Below are positions 50,826 to 64,000 of a stretch of DNA of 64,000 nucleotides, piece by piece. The notes under the pieces are model-generated. The model was given only the letters and a program-made list of their open reading frames with translations, made no database searches and was not told the origin of the DNA. Source of the stretch: the human T2T-CHM13v2.0 reference genome, Homo sapiens; assembly GCF_009914755.1 (NCBI RefSeq), contig NC_060946.1; one strand, written 5' to 3'. The position numbers and the translations under genes are program-made. Each line of letters opens with the position of its first letter. The first letter of the stretch is position 1.

Positions 50826-51803
50826 GGGTGCCTGAGCCCCACATAGGCTGCATACTCCTTGAAGACAGGGATAGGTCTTTTAACACATATTCCCCTCCCA
50901 CTAAGTGCCTGGTGCAGAACGGTGAGCGGTATTTGCCGAGTGATCATGTGGATGTGGAGATGAGAAAACTGTGGGCCCAAGAAGGGACAGGGCTCGCCAG
51001 GGCCCTCACAGCAGGTCAAGCATGGACCTGGTGCTAGAGCCTCCATGCTTGTCCCTTGCTCTTTTGTCCCATGCTGTCTTTACCTGTTACCTGCTAGGAT
51101 CCCCAAGTTCTCTGTGCACAGGAGTCCCAGTGGCCTTTCTCCAAGTTCTTTTGGAGCCTGTGAATCCCCAAGAGACCGCCGGCCCCTGAAGCCATTGAAT
51201 TATGCATGTGGTCATTTGCTTGCATGTGGCGGGACTCACAGAGCAAGGAATCCACTTCCCTGAGCCACCCTCAACATGAATCATTCCACGTTGCCTCCAG
51301 CGCCAGGTTCCTCTCACTTCCTGGAGCTCTCAAGTGCCTTTATGAAAACGTTTTTGCATCCAGGTGTTTGTTCTTTCATCAGTTTGTCCATTCTTCAGTC
51401 ATTCATGACTAATAACACCTGGTATTTATGGAACACTTATGTGCCAGGCACTGTTCTCGGCACTGTACAGGCATTAGCTCATTTAATCCTTAGAACAATC
51501 CCATGGAATCTCACCCATAGGCTGGATAGGCATCTCTGATGTGGCTCAAAAGACAGAATGAGGAATCAAACTTCCTTCCTAATTGTAGGAGCTGAGGGGG
51601 GATGACATGTGAGGGAGTTGGGGTAAGGGCAGCCACTGTGGGCCATGTGTAAATTGAAGCGGAAGCCAGTCTGACAAGGTGGGAAGGGGCACCTGGAATG
51701 GCCAAGTATAGAAAAGCCATGTAGCCCTGGCTGAGTGACCTTGGGGCTTCAAATCCATTCACTTCTTGGCAGCCAGAGATGTTTTTAAAAATATATAAAT
51801 TGG

Positions 51804-52016
51804 GATAGGTGCAGGGGCTCACACTTGTAATCCCAGCACTTTGGGAAGCTCAGGTGGGAGGATCACGAGGTCAGGAGATCGAGACTATCCAGGCCAACAC
51901 GATGAAACTCTGTCTCTACTAAAAATACAAAAAATTAGCTGGGCATGGTGGCTGGTGCCTGCAGTCCCAGCTACTCGGGAGGCTGAGGCAGAAGAATGGT
52001 GTGAACCCGGGAGGCG
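51804..52016 (+). mobile_element. 3'-truncated Alu without poly-A
   Basis: Stops at GAACCCGGGAGGCG. Confidence 0.9.
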
Positions 52017-52471
52017 TGTATTGCTGTTTATGTGACTAGCTCCATATTCTCAGCCCTGGCTACACGTTATAAGCTTAAAACAAAACAATGCCAAGGGCTC
52101 TATCCTACAAAGGTCCTTACTTAACTGCTCTGCAAGGGAGCCTGGATGTGAACGTGTTATACAACTCCCGAGGTGATTCAATCTCCCTGGACAAGGTTGA
52201 GAAGCAGTGCATTGGCTTGTAAGCTACATCAGGGCGGGGCTCATGTCCGTACTGCCTGGAAATGCTTGATGGATGTTTGCTTCATCAATACACATAGAAG
52301 GAAAAGAAACAGCGTTGCTTTCCAGCCGCAATTGTAGCTCCAGTCTCCCCACTGTCCCTCTTCCTGAGGTAATTCGAGTCGGGCTCTACTTCTTAAGAAT
52401 CGATCCTTTCATCTATCCTCAGACAATGATAAGGTAAGAGCCCTTGGTTTTCGGTGCTGGGGAGGTGGTAG

Positions 52472-52802
<331 letters not shown>

Positions 52803-52811
52803 CAGGCTTCA

Positions 52812-53213
<402 letters not shown>

Positions 53214-53334
53214 TTATTACCCATCAGGACGTTGTTGATGGGTCTGACGTACATGGAAGGGATCACCACTTTTATTTCCCTCTGCAACTTAATCTAATTT
53301 CAAAAAGGTGATGGTAAAAATCAGATGCCTGGGG

Positions 53335-53646
53335 ACCGGCTGTGGTGGCTCACACCTGTAATGTCAGCACTTTGGGAGGCCAAGGCGAGCAGATCGCTTG
53401 AGCCTGAGAGTTCGAGACCAACCTGGGCAACCAGGCAAAACCCTGTCTCTACTGAAAATAGAAAAATTAGCCGGACATGGAGGTGTGTGGCTGTAGTGCT
53501 ACTCAGGAGGCTGAGGTGGGAGAATCACCTGAGCCCGGGACATGGAGGCTGCAGTGAGCTGAGATGGCACCACTGCACTCCAGCCTAGGCTACAGAGCAA
53601 AACCCTGTTTCAAAACAAAAACAAACAAAGAAAAAAACAAAAAAAA
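53335..53646 (+). mobile_element. Alu (J-like)
   Basis: Alu consensus. Confidence 0.93.
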
Positions 53647-53806
53647 GAGGATGCCTTTAACACCTGAGAAATGAGTCCCCTCTTAGCTAAGAACAAAGGT
53701 GGTGCTCACTGAAAAACATATAACCAACCATAAACTCCTTAGAAACAAATGAGAAATGTTTTCCTAGACAACTCAGCATAACAATTTCAAATAACATGGG
53801 AAAATG

Positions 53807-54140
<334 letters not shown>

Positions 54141-54799
54141 TTACACAGGAAAATGCCCAAAGAAGAAAACGCTCAAAACTGACAAGGACCTCCGTATGAC
54201 CTGATGCTTTTCTCTCCCTAGAGCTACTGATTTCAATTTTTGTACTAGGTCTCGGAAAAAAACAAAACAAAACAAAACTTAGCACGTTAACAAAACAGAA
54301 ACTCTTTTCCTTTCATTTCACCTAAGTTTAATCAGAATCTTGGCACCCGTACTTTTTTCTCTTTTCTTTCTTTGAACTCTCTGAAAGTCTTACTTCATTA
54401 ATCTGCTTGTAGAAGTTGTTTAACTAGCTGTACTTCTCTCTTCCTTCACCAACTTGTGAAAAGAGCAGGCACACCTGCTGACAGGGAGCTAAGAAGATAA
54501 CATTTCAGATATGCAGAGGCAGATACACAGATGTGCAAATCTGCAGCTGCCCAACAGACACGGTCTCATGTGAACCCCTACCAGGCAGGTATGATGTATG
54601 TTTTACAGATGAAGAACTGAAATTAAAAAGTGACACAACTTAGCAAAAAGCTAATCCACAGTGACAAAAATTGGACTCGGGCATGTGGGGTGGGGGAGTG
54701 AAGCCTGGGAAGAGGCAAGAGAGGGCTGGGAGTGACAGAAACCCGCTCCACCATGACTGGAGCGATGGGTACATGGATGTGCACTTTCGTGAAAATTCA

Positions 54800-55124
<325 letters not shown>

Positions 55125-55192
55125 GAATGGGAGGACTTGTCGGAGGCAATCTGTATTTCCATAAAAACAAACTTTTAAAAAATGATAATTTG

Positions 55193-55625
55193 TTCTCATT
55201 GTTCAATTCCCACCTATGAGTGAGAACATGCGGTGTTTGGTTTTTTGTCCTTGCGATAGTTTGCTGAGAATGATGGTTTCCAGCTTCACCCATGTCCCTA
55301 CAAAGGACATGAACTCATCATTTTTTATGGCTGCATAGTATTCCATGGTGTATATGTGCCACATTTTCTTAATCCAATCTATCACTGTTGGACATTTGGC
55401 TTGGTTCCAAGTCTTTGCTATTGTAGTCACAGGGACACAGGAAGGGGAACATCACACACCGGGGCCTGTTGTGGGGTTGGGGGAGAGGGGAGGGATAGCA
55501 TTAGGAGATATACCTAATGTTAAATGATGAGTTAATGGGTGCAGCACACCAACATGGCACATGTATACATATGTAACTAACCGGCACATTGTGCACATGT
55601 ACCCTAAAACTTAAAGTATATTAAA
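55193..55625 (+). mobile_element. 5'-truncated, 5'-inverted L1PA insertion (ORF2 end plus 3'UTR)
   Basis: Antisense ORF2 C-terminus (ORF 55203..55430, IAKTWNQ...HRMFSLIGGN), then sense 3'UTR; 16-bp TSD AAAAAATGATAATTTG. Confidence 0.95.
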
Positions 55626-56196
55626 AAAAAATGATAATTTGCCAAAGGTCACAGGAGGGCTGGTTCCATTTTTTTTTTTCTGTTAAATCAGCCTTGTCTA
55701 TCACACGATAGAATACAGACAAAAGTTTACATGGCAAGGGTTACCAACCTAGCTGAATACCATAGAATGTTTTTCCAAGAAGGTGTACTTTTTTAAATCA
55801 CCAAATCAACAGTGTAGCAGTCAATAAGAAAATATATTAACTTGCTTCTGTAGAGCTTTGTACCTGTTAAGACCATTGCCTTGACAGATTACTTGATGGC
55901 ATTATTTCTCAAGATGTGTGCTATGGAAGATGATGGCATTAATTGCTCCAATTCCTTCTCTCTCCCCCACTCCCCGCCACCCCAGATATCCTTGTCCTTT
56001 GCAGTGGTGCTTACTAAAGCGGCACAGTTTATTTCTCTAGCCTTGAATAAGGGCTAGAATCATGATGTATTTTTGTTAACAAAAAGCAGGGGAAGTAATA
56101 TTGTCTCAGTCTTGAGGCTAGACCTCAAGAGAAAGTGTTTCTTGCACCCCTACCATTGCCATGAGAAGATGCCGAGGCTAGCTTGCTGGAAGATGA

Positions 56197-56583
<387 letters not shown>

Positions 56584-58705
56584 TGAAGGCCACTGAGATC
56601 TTACTGGTTCTGAGCAATAGATACTGATAGAGTGCTATTGGTATTTTGTGGGGGGCACTTTTTTATTATGGGGACCTGTACCACATATTGAAGGACAATC
56701 AACCTCCCGAGCTCCTGCCCACCAAATGCTTATAGCATTCTCCAGACAGCCCTGTGATGCTCCAAATGTACTTGAACATTTCCAAATGCAGCTTGGGAAA
56801 CTGGCTGAGATCCAATCATCTGTGAGACACTGTCAACTATCTCTAAAATTTTTAACCGTTAAAAGGATGCAATTAGGGATATTCAGCTTTTCAAGTCAAT
56901 TTGCTGTCCCTGCCTATTTGAAGATTCTCACCATGCCAACAGTTTAATATAAGACAAGGAAGCTGAAATTCTCATTCCATCTAAGATCTATGACCCCACT
57001 GCTTCCTTCTGACCTGTATGATTAAATCCAGATTTCCTTGTTGACAATTACGGGCTGCTCTCTCTGACCCATCACCCCCACACTCTGTGGCCTCATCATT
57101 GGTCTGTGTGCTCCCCAAATCTGCCTTTCCCTCACACCTCCGTGACTTTGTTCCGTGCCATGCTCTTCCCTCTCGGGGATGCCCTCCCTCACTTCACTCC
57201 ACTCTCCTCCACCTAAAAAACCTTCCATTTACCTTTCAAGATTCAGCCCAGATGGCACCTGCTCTGTGAGACCTCTGCAGATCCTGCTGGGTAGAAGCAA
57301 TCCGTTTCTTCTCTGCGCTCCAAGAGCACTCAGTTCGTAACTCCATTAAAGCACTTGTCAACTTAAACTGAAATTATTTAACGGCAACTTTCCCGGTGAG
57401 ACTGTGACATTTTACCATTGTCCTGAGCACCATGCCTGGCTTGTGACAGGTGCTAATATCATGTGTTGCATGCCTGAAAAATATTTGCTGTATACAAAAA
57501 ACCTGTAATCACTGTGAAGTTAAGACTATCCTTTCAATTTTCCTTTTGTGTCCTCTAATTATATGCACAGAAGGTGATCAATAAGCCCATTCTTCAGCCT
57601 ATGATTTGCTTCAATATTTGCATCCAAGGGTCTGTGACGGCTGAAAAGCTTTTGGAGAGCAAACAAGCATGTGCCAAGCTCCACGTAAGGTGCTGGGTAC
57701 AGGTGATTTCCTCTCCTCCCCAGAGCCCCCGGTGAGTCACTGGCAGCCTCATCCAACAGTTGAGAAGGGTGGAGGTGTCAAACCTGGGTCTGTGCCCCTC
57801 CACCACCATGCTGCTGCTTCAGGAAAGATGCCTGCTTGGCCTCATGTGAAGACGCAGATGCAGCACAGTGGCTAAGGACACTGGTTCTAACCCATTCTGC
57901 CTGGATCATCTCAGGTAAGTGGGTGAGTGACCTAACCTTTCTGAGCTTCAGGGTCCTCAGCTGTAAAATGAGGACGACAAAACTCACTACCCCAGAAGGT
58001 TATAGAAGGATTCTGAAAGATGCTGCATATAGAGAAAACAGCGGTTGAAGAAAACATTCAACAGATGTCACCTATTATCATAGTGATTATCACAGGAAAG
58101 GGAAACACCTGGGCCCCTGAAGACACCTATGTGGATACTTTTTGTCCTCAAACCTCACCTGAAGGAGACTGTATGGCAAGATCCTGGTGGGCAGGGATGG
58201 TAGGGGCTGGATGAGCCAGGGTGGCCCTTCTGATTCATACATATTAGAGGGAGTCCCCCTGGCTTTCCCCTTGAGGGCCTAAAATATGCCTATAAACCAT
58301 AATGTTACCTCCCGGCAGAAAACGTAACCAACTGCTATGCTCCTAAACTCCCTCACCCACACTGCAGAAGAGCACAAGAAATTATCCTCCACTGGAGACT
58401 AAACATCTACAAAATTCTTTGCAAGAGCAGGGTTGGCTTTTTTTTCCTTTGGTTTTGGTTTCTGTTTTAATATGCTCAGAAGAATGAAGGGCTTCCAGTT
58501 CAATGAAGAGGACAGTGGAAATGTGTGTGATGCGTGGGTGTGAGCGTGGGTAGGCAAATGTGTGTGGAGAAATGGGTCCTTCTTTGATGAGGCTTCAGAC
58601 AAGTAGCTGGTCCTCACCATGTGAAAATGGGCATTAGTGAGTGGAGAATGAGAAACACATGCATGTATGGGGGTTTCTCATCCCCTTTACTGACTGACTG
58701 GTTGA

Positions 58706-59108
<403 letters not shown>

Positions 59109-59177
59109 TAACAGCAGGAGCTGTATCCCCTTCATTTCTGAACCATCTGAACCTAGCAATATCCAGGTTCTATATCC

Positions 59178-59410
59178 AATGTTAACAAAGATTTTCTGAG
59201 TGGTGGATTCACAGATGAATTTTATTGGCTTCTTTATACTTTTCTGTAGTTAATTAATTCCCTGCATTTTTCTCAAATGAGCTAATGCATGTCAAGTGTT
59301 TTGTAAACTCTAAAGTGCTGCAGAAACTTAAGCAATGTGGTTATGATTATATCATGTACCTTTTCAAATCCTAACCTAGGCTTGCTTATTGCTGACTGCG
59401 TGGCTGATGT
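59178..59410 (+). repeat. Copy 1 of a 233-bp direct local duplication (partner 60549-60781)
   Basis: About 90% identity by manual alignment. Confidence 0.92.
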
Positions 59411-59714
59411 GATCCATCTTGGATGTTCAGCAAGCCTCTGTTGGATGTCCTCAGCCCCTGTATGTTAGGAGAGGGAGTACTGGTCAACGGAGATGCTCCG
59501 AGGACTTCCAAAGTACACCTTGCCCTAGTGGGATGGACTAGGGCAGTCCTGGAGAAGAGGCCACCTCCAGCTCTGAACTTCATGGTACCAATAATGGGAT
59601 TTGGTGGCATCCACATCCCAAGCTCACTTGCAGCCCTTGCTGCAGTGTATAAAGGGTATTATCTAGGGAATATTGTCATTTACCAACCACAGTGGGTATT
59701 GTAGAAAAAAAAGG

Positions 59715-60214
<500 letters not shown>

Positions 60215-60547
60215 CTAAATGTTTTCAGGTGCATTGCTTCATCAATTTAATCCTTCAGCACACATATCTGTTGTACAAAGGAGGAAACTAAGGCTCAGGA
60301 GCTTTCAGTAATCTGCTTCAGTGAGCGAGAAGAAGTCCAGGATGGGAATCCAGTCTTCGGACCTCAAACCAGGGACATTTCACAACACAATTACTTCTTC
60401 CCAGGAGATGGAGGTGAGAATCAAATGAGATGGTGGAAGACACAATGTTCCATGAACGAAGCAGGCCATAAAAAACTGTGGTCCCAGTGCAGGAAAAAGA
60501 CGAAAGGAAAAAGAAAAACCCACTCAAAAAAAGAAGGGAACACATTA

Positions 60548-60783
60548 TAATGTTAACAAAGATTTTCTGAGTGGTGGATTCACAGATGAATTTTATTGGC
60601 TTCTTAAACTTTTCTGTAGTTAACTAATTCCCTGCAATTTTCTCAAATGAGCTAATGCACGTAAAACTGCTTTGTGAACTGTAAAGTGCTACCCAAACCT
60701 AAGCAATGTGGTTATGATTATATTATGTACCTTTTCAAATTCTAATTTAGGCTCGCTTATTCCTGACTGCGTGGCTAATGTTA
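60548..60783 (+). repeat. Copy 2 of the 233-bp duplication, bracketed by TAATGTTA
   Basis: TAATGTTA at 60548-60555 and 60776-60783. Confidence 0.92.
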
Positions 60784-60824
60784 TCTCAATGGGGAGACTC
60801 TAGCAGTTTAGAAACTGCCTCCTT

Positions 60825-61210
60825 GGCCAGATGCGGTGGCTCACGCCTATAATCCCAATACTTTGGGAAGCTGAGGCGGGTGGATCACCTGAGGTCGGGA
60901 GTTCGAGACCAGCCTGGCCAACGTGGGGAAACCCCATCTCTACTAAAAATACAAAAATTAGCCAGGTGTGGTGGTGGGTGCCTGTAACCCCATCTACTCG
61001 GGAGGCTAAGGCAGAACAGCTTGAACCCAGGAGGTGGAGGTTGCAGTAAGCTGAGATCATGTCATTGCACTCCAGTCTGGGCAACAGACCAAGACTCCAT
61101 CTCAAAAAAAAAAAAAAAAAAAAAAAAAAAAAGCCAAAAAAAACAAAAACAAAAAGCCAAAAACAAACAACCCCCCCCCCAAAACAAACAACAAAAAAGC
61201 CAAAAACAAA
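60825..61210 (+). mobile_element. Alu with a long compound A/C tail
   Basis: TSD core CTGCCTCCTT on both sides. Confidence 0.95.
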
Positions 61211-64000
61211 ACCTGCCTCCTTTTCACCCAGGGTTTGGGTAATTTCTCTGGGGAGCCATGGAGCCGGAGGGAGTATTTCATTAACAGGGTCTGAATGCTA
61301 CTGTACTCTGCTCTCTGGCCACTGCCACAGGGAACAGAGGGCTCCTGACAAGGGAGGCACAGAAACAAAAGACAGATTTCTCCTGAGATAAAATGCATTT
61401 GCTAAACTGCTTCTTTGGGCAGCCAGCTGAGGCAGAGGGAAATTTGGACCCAAGGGAAAATGGCCCGTTAGGCAGTTTGCATTTATTTCTCCTCATCTTT
61501 AAGGACAGTGGCCTAGACTGACTTTTTGAGCTGCTGGAAATGATGGCTGGTTATACCTGAGGATCCAGAGGGAGTACAAGTGCATCCTGTGCTCTGGCCT
61601 TAGAGACTTCTGTTCACAGTTGCGCAAACTAAGGAGTGAGATTATGGGGATAACTGAAAAGCGAGACCTGATATCTCTGACACTCATTTTCTATGCGACC
61701 TTGAGCAAGTCATGTCTCTGAATTAGTAAGACAAAGGGTTTGGACTTCCTAAAGTGACGCTCAAGGATCACGCACTCACTGGGTCAGGTAAAGTGGGGAG
61801 AGCTTTGCAGGTTCTTTCTCATGTAAGACTCACATCAACTCTACAGATCAAGAACCACTCTTAGTCCTCTTTAGTAGAAGAAGACATCCATCATCTGAAA
61901 GGTTTAGCCATTGCTTAAGGTTATACAATGCGCGAACAGAGTAGCTGAGATTCAAACCCAGGTGTATTTCCTCTGAATTCTTGCAGGTAACCAACTCACT
62001 ACAATGCCTAGTTGGTCAGCCTCTGGGCTTCTTTCTAGTTCTAACAGTAAACGATTCTGTGACTGCAGAGGACTCAACACATGTATTTCACATGGTGGCA
62101 GAAACATCCTGTGCTCACCAATATCCATATTTTGCTCTCTTCCTGGGCACAGAGCTAGGCTGTATCTCCAGCCTCCTTGCAGTTAAGAATAACTCTGTGA
62201 TACAGCTCTGGCCACTGGAGTCTGGAAAGGCTCTGGCTAGTACAGGCACCACTCTGAAGCCTTGCTCAGGAACAAATTTTATTCGCCTTCTTTTCTTGGC
62301 TGACAGCCAGAGCAAGAGAATCCTGTAGAGCAGGCTGGGGTTCTGTGGAGGGCAGAGCCACAAGACAAAAGGAGCCTGGGTCCTTCAACCTGCAGAAAAA
62401 CTACCTGCCAATCATGAACACCCATGTGGACTTTCTGCAAGGTTCCAGCAGGTTGAGCCACATTACAGCTGCTTGTGCTACCTTGACTAACAGGCACATT
62501 TGAATGCTTGTAGCCTGTAAGTGATGGAGACATAGTACGATGGACCAATTAAGGAGTCTGGGAGGCCCCGTTTCTTCCTTCCTGTGACACCCCTCCTTCT
62601 GATGTCTTGGGGCAATGGGTGAAATCACTGATGGGGAAATTACCACTCAAGCATGTTGCTTTGCACTTTCAACTTGCTTTCACTTTTTGGTGGCTTCGTA
62701 TCCACTATTTCATTTTTACTCCTCCCCAGCGCTTGCATGAGACAGGCAAGGCTGCCCTTAGGGCCCTCAGTTGACAGATGAGGGCCCAAGGTGCTCAGAG
62801 AAGCTGGGGCTCCAACTCTGGTCTCCTGAAACCTAACCCAGAGCTTGTCCCTGTGGTTTCCACAAAGCAGTTACATCTTATTAAGCCACACAGACAGGCA
62901 GAAAAAGCTCACGACCTTCCTCGTTGCCTGCTGTGTGTATTAATCAACAAGTTCCAGGAACCCAAAGCATTTTTTTACTAAGGAAACCAAACTATGAGTC
63001 CATTTTCATTCTTTTGCAGGGAGGTAGGGGGCTGCATTCAGGACTGTTGAGTGAAGGTTCAGAGAGGGTCTGCCCAGCCCTGACCTCGACTTGGAGGAGA
63101 TAAGAAAAAGGCTTGGTCTCCTCCCTCCCAGTTATCAGTATTAATTCACGCATCACATACAATTCATAGGCTCTTATTTTATGCCAAGTCTTGTGCTAGG
63201 AATGGGGAATGAGCTCCTGCTTCTGCACTTGTATTATTCCTATGGTCTAGGAGGAGAGGCAATGAAGCCAGTCACTAATTACAAACACAGTGCAATCACA
63301 ACACAAACCTTAATTCTGGGGGGCCTTTGCCATCTGCCACATTGTTCTAAGCTCCTGGCCCTGTCTTACTTTATTGATTCCTCTTAAGTCTATCAGATAG
63401 GAATAACTAATTTCCATCGTACAGATGAGAAAACTGAGGTGCAGGGAGTTTAAGCAGATCACCAGGAATCCCACAGCTGGCAGTCCAGCTGGGATTTCAC
63501 ATGAGGCAGCCTCATTCCAGAGCTGCCTTCTTATCTACTGCACAAGTAAGAGATGCCACTTGAGAAAGGGAGATATGGTGGAAAGGAGAGGAAGGGAGGG
63601 AGCTGCTTTATAGACAAGGGAGGGCCGAACACCTGGCAAGTGCAGAGAGATGACAACCAGTGCCTAGAGGGGTCAAACAGGGCTCTGTGTAAGTTGCAGC
63701 TGAACAGGATCAAAGCAGCCAGGCCACAAGGGGAAACCGTGGCCCAGACTTGTATCCACTGAGTCTCTTGATCCCACAGCTCCTCTTCCCTTCACCCCCT
63801 CTCTCTGGAGCTTAACACATTCCTGGAGGGTCCTTTGGAGACTGGCCTTGAGCAGCCTAGCCTGTCTTAGGGTTTTGGGTCTGTCCATCCTGGGCTCTGC
63901 TGCCTGCTGCGTGACTGAAGAGTTGGCGACATGCGGCTCGCACGTGAGAGCAGGAATGCATTCTGGGCTTTCTCCGGGATTCTTCTGAGATACAGCTGTT

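Noticed and set aside
55203-55430. ORF with clear protein homology
   Set aside because: C-terminal fragment of L1 ORF2p in a truncated insertion, not a gene.

Overview
Primate (very likely human) genomic DNA holding the 3' end of LARGE1, the bifunctional xylosyl-/glucuronyltransferase that makes matriglycan on alpha-dystroglycan, on the minus strand. Five coding exons (164, 279, 147, 196 and 198 nt) have GT-AG boundaries and consistent phase. Together they encode the last 327 aa, including the glucuronyltransferase-domain DXD motif. They are followed by a 3'UTR with a proximal and a possible distal poly(A) signal, and about 9 kb of downstream flank. The rest is repeat-rich intron: about 39 Alus, MaLR/ERV LTRs, MIR/L2/L1 fragments and hAT MITEs. 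Nearly all listed ORFs are repeat-derived artefacts. I find no new gene or foreign DNA. The best unexplained signal is three short (120-320 bp) non-tandem local duplications at similar ~1.35-1.41 kb offsets. Two are clearly bracketed by 6-8 nt microhomologies, suggesting recurrent templated insertions. Also notable are a clean twin-primed L1 inversion, a solo Hsmar1 TIR (candidate SETMAR site) nested in an LTR, and inverted Alus tightly flanking a coding exon. Repeat subfamily calls, repeat boundaries and identity values are by eye and approximate.
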